Shown here piece by piece: positions 57,043 to 64,000 of a stretch of 64,000 nt of DNA. The notes beneath the pieces were generated by a model. It was not told the DNA's origin. It saw only the letters and a list, made by a program, of their open reading frames with translations, and did not search any database. The DNA comes from Myxococcota bacterium (GTDB taxonomy: Bacteria > Myxococcota > JACRCW01), in the NCBI GenBank assembly GCA_040752415.1, contig JBFMGU010000021.1:1-64000 (forward strand), written 5' to 3'. Both the position numbers and the translations under genes were made by a program. Positions within the stretch are counted from its first letter, which is position 1. The number at the start of each line of letters is the position of its first letter.

Positions 57043-60000
57043 GGTGGCCCCCCTTTGGGCGGGAGATGCTTCAGGAGCACCGCCAGCAATTGCCGGGTCT
57101 CGGCAGGCTTGATCACGATGTCCACGCACCCGGCCGCGAACACCTCGTCGCGGTCCGCCGCGCTTGCCTTGGCGGTGTACGCCACCACCGGGATTCCTGC
57201 CGCGCCTGGCAGGGCGTGGATTTCCCGCGTGGCCCGCAGCCCGTCGACCTCCGGCAGCATGATGTCCATCAGCACGAGATTGATGTCGCCATGTGCCTTC
57301 ACCTTCTCAATCGCCTCCCGCGCGGTGTTGGCGGTGAGCACCTCGGCCCCTTGTCCCTCCAGGTAGCCGCTGGTGACGAAGAGGTTCCGGGCGTCGTCGT
57401 CCACCACCAGGAGCCTGAACCCCTTCAACGCCGTGCCACGGACCTCCAGGTCCGCCTCGGCCTCCGCGGGCCCTGGTGCGGTCACGTCGACGGCGGCGGG
57501 CCTGCGCCTTGAGATCCGTTCCGGGACGCCGGGCTCCACCGCTGGCCGCTCAACCGGCAGATAGAGGGTGAAGGTCGATCCCGCTCCAACCTTGCTTTCC
57601 AGCCTCAGCTCCGCCCCCAGGACCCGGGCGTATTCGCGGGCAATGGTGAGTCCCAGGCCGGTGCCGCCGTACTTCCGTGCCGTCGACGCGTCCGCCTGCT
57701 GGAAGGCCTCGAACACGAGGTCACGCTTGTCTTCCGGAATACCGATTCCCGTGTCCGACACGGCGAACGCCAGCACCTCGCCGGCGTGCTGCAGGGCCGG
57801 GTTCCTGAACCGCGTTTCCGCCGGCGCGCGGAAGATGCGCAGGCGCACCTCGCCCTCGTGCGTGAACTTGAAGGCGTTGGAGAGCAGGTTCTTGAGCACC
57901 TGGTGCAGGAGCTGCCGGTCGACGCTGATGACCTGCGCGGCGTCGGGGGAGATCTCCACCGTGAATCCCACCTTCTTCTCCGTGGCGACGGGACGGAACA
58001 TCCGCTCCACGTAGTTCGCCACCTCGACGGCGTAGACCGGCTCGGGGTGCACCTCGATGCGCCCCGCCTCCACCTTGGACAGGTCGAGGATCTGGTTGAT
58101 CAACGCCAGCAGGTCGCGTCCCGAGGAGTGGATGATGTCCGCGTATTCCTTCTGCTTGTCGGTGAGGTTCTTCTCGGGGTTGGCGCCGAGCATCTGGGCC
58201 AGGATCAGCATGCTGTTCAGCGGCGTGCGGATCTCGTGCGACATGTTGGCCAGGAACTGGGACTTGTAGGTGGAGACCTGGGCCAGCTCCTTGGCCTTGT
58301 CCTGCAACTTGGCGCTGGTCTCGGCGATCTCCCGGTTCTTCACCTCGAGCTGTTGGGCCTTCTCCTCCAGTTCGTTCTTGCGGGCCTCCATCTCGACGTT
58401 GGACTTCTGCACCTGCTGGAGCAGCTCCTCGGTGCGGGCGGAAGCGCCGATCATGTTCATCACCACCCCCACGTTGAGGGTGAGCTGCTCCAGGAAGTTG
58501 AGCTGAATGGGAGTGAACTCGCTGAAGGAAGCCAGCTCAATCACGCCGCGGACCTGGCCTTCGAAGAGGATGGGCATCACCGCGATGTTCCGCGGGCTGG
58601 CCTCCCCCAGTGCAGAGAGGACGGGCATGTAGCCTTCAGGAGCGGAGGTCACCACGATGGGCTTGCGCTCCTTGGCGGCCTGGCCCACCAGCCCCTCTCC
58701 CAGCGTGAAGTGCGTGATGAGTCGCTTGCGGCGGGTGAAGGCGTAGGTGCTGAGCAGCTCCAGGACCAGTGCCGCCCCGTCGCCCTTGGCCACGTAGAAG
58801 GCGCTGCTCTGCGCTCCCACCACCGGGGTCAGCTCGGAGACGATCATGTCCGCCAGCGCCTCCAGGTTCCTCTGGCCCTGCATCATCCCGAAGAACCGGG
58901 CCAGGTTGGACTTGAGCCAGTCCTGCTGCTTGTTGGTCTCCGTGGTGTTGGCCAGGTTGCCGATCATCTGGTTGATGGTGTTCTTCAGCTCCTGCACCTC
59001 GCCACGCGCCTCGACGGTGATGGTGCGGCTCAGGTCGCCCTTGGTCACGGAAGTGGCCACGTCGGCGATGGCGCGGACCTGGGTGGTGAGGTTGGCGGCC
59101 AGGCGGTTCACGTTGTCGGTGAGGTCGCGCCAGGTACCGGCGGCGCCCGGCACTTCAGCCTGTCCGCCCAGCTTGCCCTCAATGCCCACCTCCCGCGCCA
59201 CGCTGGTCACCTGCTCGGCAAAGATGCGCAGCGTGTCGGTCATGGCGTTGATGGTGTCCGCGAGGGTGGCGATCTCACCGCGCGCCACCAGGGTCAGCTT
59301 GCGGGCCAGCTCGCCGTTGGCCACCGCGGTGACCAGCGCGCTGATGCCGCGCACCTGGTCGGTCAGGTTGGAGGCCATGAGGTTGACGTTGTCGGTGAGC
59401 TCCTTCCACGTGCCCGCCACGTCCGGCACCGACGCCTGACCTCCCAGCTTTCCTTCGGTGCCCACCTCCCGCGCCACGCGGGTCACCTCCGCGGCGAAGG
59501 TTCGCAGGCGTTCCACCATGGCATTGAGTGTGTCCTTCAGCTCGAGGACCTCTCCCTGCGCGGCCACGGTGATCTTCTGCGACAGGTCGCCGTTGGCCAC
59601 CGCGGTGGTGACCTTGGCGATGTTGCGGACCTGCGAGGTGAGGTTTCCGGCGAGCATGTTGACGCTGTCGGTGAGGTCCTTCCACGTCCCGGCCGCACCG
59701 GGCACGCGCGCCTGTCCACCGAGCTTCCCTTCCAGGCCCACCTCCCGCGCCACGCTCGTCACCTGCTCGGCGAACAAACGCAGCGTGTCGGTCATGGCGT
59801 TGATGGTATCCGCGAGGGTGGCGATCTCCCCGCGGGCCTCGAGGACGAGCTTCTGGGACAGGTCACCCTCGGCAACGGCGGTGACCACCTTGGCAATGCC
59901 CCGCACCTGGCCGGTGAGGTTGCCGGCCATCATGTTCACGCTGTCGGTCAGCTCCATCCACGTACCGGCCACGCCGGGCACCCGGGCCTGTCCGCCCAGT

Positions 60001-62816
60001 CTTCCCTCGGTGCCCACCTCGCGCGCCACGCGGGTGACCTCTGAGGCGAAGTTCCTAAGCTGGTCTACCATGGTGTTGATGGTGTTCTTCAGCTCCAGGA
60101 TCTCCCCTTTCACGTCGACGGTGATCTTCTGGGACAGGTCACCCTTGGCGATGGCGGTGGCCACCTGGGCGATGTTGCGCACCTGCGCGGTGAGGTTGCC
60201 GGCGAGCAGGTTGACGTTGTCGGTGAGGTCCTTCCACGTGCCGGCCGCGCCGGGAACCTTGGCCTGCCCGCCCAGCTTTCCTTCCAGGCCCACCTCCCGC
60301 GCCACGCTCGTCACCTGCTCGGCGAACAAGCGCAAGGTGTCGGTCATGGCGTTGATGGTGTCGGCCAGCGCGGCAATCTCGCCCCGCGTCTCGAACACCA
60401 CCTTCTGGGACAGGTCGCCCTGCGCCACCGCCGTCACCACCTTGGCGATGCCGCGCACCTGGCCGGTGAGGTTGCCGGCCATGACATTCACGCTGTCAGT
60501 AAGCTCCATCCACGTGCCGGCCACGCCGGGCACGCGCGCCTGACCGCCCAGCTTGCCTTCCGTGCCCACCTCGCGCGCCACGCGGGTGACCTCCGCGGCA
60601 AAGGTCTGGAGGCGGTCCACCATGGCATTGATGGTGTTCTTCAGCTCCAGGATCTCCCCCTTCACGTCGACGGTGATCTTCTGCGAGAGGTCCCCGTTGG
60701 CAATGGCGGTGGCCACCTGGGCGATGTTGCGCACCTGCGCGGTGAGGTTGCCGCCCATCACGTTGACGCTGTCGGTGAGGTCCTTCCACGTTCCGGCCAC
60801 GCCCTGCACCTCAGCCTGTCCGCCCAGTCTTCCCTCGGTGCCCACCTCGCGCGCCACACGGGTGACCTCGGAGGCGAAGTTCCTAAGCTGGTCTACCATG
60901 GTGTTGATGGTGTTCTTCAGCTCCAGGATCTCCCCTTTCACGTCGACGGTGATCTTCTGGGACAGGTCCCCCTTGGCGATGGCGGTGGCCACCTGGGCGA
61001 TGTTGCGCACCTGCGCGGTGAGGTTGCCGGCGAGCAGGTTGACGTTGTCGGTGAGGTCCTTCCACGTGCCAGCCGCGCCGGGGACCTTGGCCTGCCCGCC
61101 CAGCTTGCCTTCCAGGCCCACCTCCCGCGCCACGCTCGTCACCTGCTCGGCGAACAAGCGCAGCGTGTCGGTCATGGCGTTGATGGTGTCGGCCAGTGCG
61201 GCAATCTCGCCCCGCGTCTCGAACACCACCTTCTGGGACAGGTCGCCCTGCGCCACCGCCGTCACCACCTTGGCGATGCCGCGCACCTGGCCGGTGAGGT
61301 TGCCGGCCATGACATTCACGCTGTCAGTAAGCTCCATCCACGTGCCGGCCACGCCGGGCACGCGCGCCTGACCGCCCAGCTTGCCTTCCGTGCCCACCTC
61401 GCGCGCCACGCGGGTGACCTCCGCGGCAAAGGTCTGGAGGCGGTCCACCATGGCATTGATGGTGTTCTTCAGCTCCAGGATCTCCCCCTTCACGTCGACG
61501 GTGATCTTCTGCGAGAGGTCCCCGTTGGCAATGGCGGTGGCCACCTGGGCGATGTTGCGCACCTGCGCGGTGAGGTTGCCCGCCATCACGTTGACGCTGT
61601 CGGTGAGGTCCTTCCAGGTGCCCGAGACGCCGCGGACGTCGGCCTGTCCGCCCAGCTTGCCCTCGGTGCCCACCTCCCGGGCCACGCGAGTCACCTCGGA
61701 GGCGAAGTTCCTAAGCTGGTCTACCATGGTGTTGATGACGTCCTTGATCTGGAGGATCTCACCCTTCACCGACACGGTGACCTTCTGCGTTAGATCACCG
61801 CTGGCGATGGCGGTGGCGACCTTGGAGACGTCGCGAAGCTGGACGGTCAGGTTGCCGGCCATCACGTTGACGCTGTCAGTGAGGTCCCTCCAGGTTCCGG
61901 ACACGCCGCGGACGTCGGCCTGTCCGCCCAGCTTGCCCTCGGTGCCCACTTCACGGGCCACGCGGGTGACCTCGGAGGCGAAGAGGCGGAGCTGCTCCAC
62001 CATGGTGTTGATGGTGTCCTTCAGCTCACGGATCTCCCCGCGGGCCTCGGCGGTGATCTTCTGTGACAGGTCTCCGTTGGCGACGGCGGTGGTGACCAGG
62101 GCGATGTTGCGGAACTGGGCGGTGAGGTTCCCGGAGAGCAGGTTTGCCGTCTCGGCCAGCTCCATCCACGCGCCGCCCACCTCCGGGATGGTGGCCTTGG
62201 CTCCCAGCTCGCCCTCGGCGCCAATCTCGCGGAGCACGCGCGTCACCTCGCTGCTGGTGGTCCCCAGGCGCTCCAGCGCCTCGTTGGCCGCCTTGGCAAA
62301 GACGAGGAAGTCCCCGCGCAGCAGCTCGCCGTCGTGCTGGAGCTGGACCGGCTGGGAGAAGTTGCCGGCCACGATGGCGGTGGAGACCCGGGTCCCCTCG
62401 TTGATGGACCACGCCAGCCTCTGGATCAGCTCGTTGACGGCGTGGGCTTTCAGGCTCCAGGCCCCGGTGACCGTCCGGGGTGTCACCCGCTCACTCAGGC
62501 GCCCCTGACGGGTGACGGAATCGACGATGCGGGCGAGGTCCTCCACCCACGCCTGTTGCGTGGCCATGAAGCCGTTGAACTCGAGGGCGACCTCTGCGGC
62601 GACGCCGGTGTCGCCGTCCATGGGCAGCCGTACGGCGAAGTCGCCCTGACGGGCGGCCCTCAGCGCGTCGCGAATGGAGCGCAGGTGTTCGAAAAGCTCA
62701 CGCTCGCTGCGCGGGGACCGTTTGCGCGGTTCCTTCTCCTGGGGCGGATGCTCCACGTGGGGAGGGATGGCCTGCGCTTCAAATGGCTCGTGCGACTCGA
62801 TGCCCGGGGGTTCCAT
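57039..62816 (-). CDS. Cytoplasmic poly-HAMP hybrid histidine kinase (HAMP array-GAF-HisKA-HATPase-REC)
   Basis: 12 clear 92-aa units ([39 protein letters not shown]); [29 protein letters not shown]-terminal receiver; no TM seen. Confidence 0.96.
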   Translation of the reverse strand: MEPPGIESHEPFEAQAIPPHVEHPPQEKEPRKRSPRSERELFEHLRSIRDALRAARQGDFAVRLPMDGDTGVAAEVALEFNGFMATQQAWVEDLARIVDSVTRQGRLSERVTPRTVTGAWSLKAHAVNELIQRLAWSINEGTRVSTAIVAGNFSQPVQLQHDGELLRGDFLVFAKAANEALERLGTTSSEVTRVLREIGAEGELGAKATIPEVGGAWMELAETANLLSGNLTAQFRNIALVTTAVANGDLSQKITAEARGEIRELKDTINTMVEQLRLFASEVTRVAREVGTEGKLGGQADVRGVSGTWRDLTDSVNVMAGNLTVQLRDVSKVATAIASGDLTQKVTVSVKGEILQIKDVINTMVDQLRNFASEVTRVAREVGTEGKLGGQADVRGVSGTWKDLTDSVNVMAGNLTAQVRNIAQVATAIANGDLSQKITVDVKGEILELKNTINAMVDRLQTFAAEVTRVAREVGTEGKLGGQARVPGVAGTWMELTDSVNVMAGNLTGQVRGIAKVVTAVAQGDLSQKVVFETRGEIAALADTINAMTDTLRLFAEQVTSVAREVGLEGKLGGQAKVPGAAGTWKDLTDNVNLLAGNLTAQVRNIAQVATAIAKGDLSQKITVDVKGEILELKNTINTMVDQLRNFASEVTRVAREVGTEGRLGGQAEVQGVAGTWKDLTDSVNVMGGNLTAQVRNIAQVATAIANGDLSQKITVDVKGEILELKNTINAMVDRLQTFAAEVTRVAREVGTEGKLGGQARVPGVAGTWMELTDSVNVMAGNLTGQVRGIAKVVTAVAQGDLSQKVVFETRGEIAALADTINAMTDTLRLFAEQVTSVAREVGLEGKLGGQAKVPGAAGTWKDLTDNVNLLAGNLTAQVRNIAQVATAIAKGDLSQKITVDVKGEILELKNTINTMVDQLRNFASEVTRVAREVGTEGRLGGQARVPGVAGTWMELTDSVNMMAGNLTGQVRGIAKVVTAVAEGDLSQKLVLEARGEIATLADTINAMTDTLRLFAEQVTSVAREVGLEGKLGGQARVPGAAGTWKDLTDSVNMLAGNLTSQVRNIAKVTTAVANGDLSQKITVAAQGEVLELKDTLNAMVERLRTFAAEVTRVAREVGTEGKLGGQASVPDVAGTWKELTDNVNLMASNLTDQVRGISALVTAVANGELARKLTLVARGEIATLADTINAMTDTLRIFAEQVTSVAREVGIEGKLGGQAEVPGAAGTWRDLTDNVNRLAANLTTQVRAIADVATSVTKGDLSRTITVEARGEVQELKNTINQMIGNLANTTETNKQQDWLKSNLARFFGMMQGQRNLEALADMIVSELTPVVGAQSSAFYVAKGDGAALVLELLSTYAFTRRKRLITHFTLGEGLVGQAAKERKPIVVTSAPEGYMPVLSALGEASPRNIAVMPILFEGQVRGVIELASFSEFTPIQLNFLEQLTLNVGVVMNMIGASARTEELLQQVQKSNVEMEARKNELEEKAQQLEVKNREIAETSAKLQDKAKELAQVSTYKSQFLANMSHEIRTPLNSMLILAQMLGANPEKNLTDKQKEYADIIHSSGRDLLALINQILDLSKVEAGRIEVHPEPVYAVEVANYVERMFRPVATEKKVGFTVEISPDAAQVISVDRQLLHQVLKNLLSNAFKFTHEGEVRLRIFRAPAETRFRNPALQHAGEVLAFAVSDTGIGIPEDKRDLVFEAFQQADASTARKYGGTGLGLTIAREYARVLGAELRLESKVGAGSTFTLYLPVERPAVEPGVPERISRRRPAAVDVTAPGPAEAEADLEVRGTALKGFRLLVVDDDARNLFVTSGYLEGQGAEVLTANTAREAIEKVKAHGDINLVLMDIMLPEVDGLRATREIHALPGAAGIPVVAYTAKASAADRDEVFAAGCVDIVIKPAETRQLLAVLLKHLPPKGGPP
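59990..61620. repeat. Near-identical 828-bp tandem duplication within the HAMP array
   Basis: GTTCCTAAGCTGGTCTACCATGG recurs at 60051, 60879 and 61707 (period 828 = 3 x 276); intervening DNA almost identical. Boundaries approximate. Confidence 0.92.
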
Positions 62817-63231
62817 GAACGGGGGTGTCCTTGCGGCGTCCGTCCAATTTAGGCCCGAACCGAGCGCCGCTTAGCGTCACATCGAACGTAACCGCACGAT
62901 GGGGGTACCGCAGGGGCGCGGGATGACGGCGCGGCTGCCTTGGAAGACCTGAGGGCCGATGGCACGAGTCTCCCGCGTGCGTCCCAAGCCGGGGCGGCAG
63001 TTTTCCCAAGCGGGGACAGTGCCTGGGCGTGTCGCCGGGAGCCTTTCACTCCAACGTGGACGGACGGGTCGGGCCCTGGAGGCGCTGCATTGCCGGCACG
63101 GTCTTGGACACCGCCACGTGCGCTCAAGCCCCCGTCCGGGATCCCGCAGCGCCTGCTCGGACGCTGCAACGCGTCACGAGCCGCGAACATCCGACGACAA
63201 GGAGCGCTGCTTGAACCCCCGCGCTGCTGGA

Positions 63232-63289
63232 ACCCTGGTACCTCCAGAGGGACCGGTTGGAGAAAAACTGCTAGACCAGTTCCATGCGC
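63232..63289. promoter_or_regulatory. Putative MocR operator/promoter, copy B (overlaps MocR start codon)
   Basis: Direct repeat of 55295-55352; contains TGGTAC, GGACCGGTT and AGACCAGTT; ends in ATGCGC. Confidence 0.65.
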
Positions 63290-64000
63290 ACCTGGGACCT
63301 TGCCATCACGCTGGACGGACGCGCCGACGTGCCGGTGTTCGTGCAGATTGCCCGCGCCGTGGCGGAGGACATCCGTCGGGGACGGCTGAAACCGGGGGAC
63401 CGGCTGCCGGGCTCCCGCACGCTGGCGGAGCGGCTGGGCGTCCACCGCAACACGGTGCTGGCCGCCTACGACGAGCTGCACGCGGAAGGCTGGCTCACCA
63501 CGCACCGGGCCAGCGGGACGTACGTCAGTGACACGCTGCCCGACCCCTCCCCACGACGCTTCGCCACCACCGTGCGCAGCCGCGAGACCATGCCGGCCCG
63601 CGTGGGCTTTGACCTGCCGCCTCTCGTCGAGACGGGGGCGTCCGGAGCCTACCCACGCGGCACGCTGGTGATGACGGGCGGCGTGCCGGACCTGCGCACG
63701 GTCCCGGTGGCGGAGCTGGCGCGTGCGTATCGACGGGTGCTGCGTCGTCATGCGCGGGAGGTGCTGAGCTACGGGGACCCGCGGGGGATCGTGCGGTTGC
63801 GCCGGGCCTTGGCGGAGATGGTGAGCAGCGTGCGCGGCCTGTGCGCCACCGAGGAGTCCGTGGTGGTGACCCGCGGCAGCCAGATGGCGCTGGACGCGGT
63901 GGCGCGTGTGCTCATCACACCGGGCGACGTGGTGGCGGTGGAATCCTTTGGCTACCGACCCGCGTGGAACGCGCTGAAGCACGCGGGCGCGGAGCTGGTG
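63284..64000 (+). CDS. MocR/GabR-family regulator (GntR wHTH + PLP aminotransferase-like domain), truncated by window end
   Basis: Hand translation: MRTWDLAITLDGRADVPVFVQIARAVAEDIRRGRLKPGDRLPGSRTLAERLGVHRNTVLAAYDELHAEGWL, later YGDPRG..LRRALA and VTRGSQMALD. Confidence 0.95.
   Translation, partial: MRTWDLAITLDGRADVPVFVQIARAVAEDIRRGRLKPGDRLPGSRTLAERLGVHRNTVLAAYDELHAEGWLTTHRASGTYVSDTLPDPSPRRFATTVRSRETMPARVGFDLPPLVETGASGAYPRGTLVMTGGVPDLRTVPVAELARAYRRVLRRHAREVLSYGDPRGIVRLRRALAEMVSSVRGLCATEESVVVTRGSQMALDAVARVLITPGDVVAVESFGYRPAWNALKHAGAELV

Noticed and set aside
59100..62200. Regular repeats as a CRISPR array
   Set aside because: They are in-frame 276-bp coding repeats of the HAMP array with no unique spacers or cas genes.

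Overview
High-GC window with the gene content and style of a Myxococcota (myxobacteria-like) chromosome. It contains a type II secretion operon (gspC, a second gspC-like gene, gspD-E-F-G-H-I-J-K-L-M-N; 3.4-19.0 kb) and five large secreted lipoproteins, four of them with long Ser-rich linkers. Two of the lipoproteins are tightly paired with paralogous membrane-anchored partner genes. Also present: an orphan FliK/SctP-like ruler gene, a Gld-like ABC/DUF4340 operon, proS, a YfiR-chemoreceptor pair, a flavin-binding/GNAT fusion, a poly-HAMP hybrid kinase with a second hybrid kinase, and the 5' part of a MocR regulator. Non-coding structure read directly from the DNA: (i) a 58-bp direct repeat bracketing the two-kinase cassette that looks like a duplicated MocR operator/promoter; (ii) two AGTCAGR heptamer inverted-repeat elements inside operons; (iii) a ~370-bp palindromic REP/MITE-like element with dispersed sub-copies; (iv) a near-identical 828-bp tandem duplication inside the kinase gene. 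No rRNA, complete tRNA, CRISPR array or transposase gene was seen. All family calls come from motif recognition by eye, not database searches. Several start codons were adjusted by hand from the ORF track.
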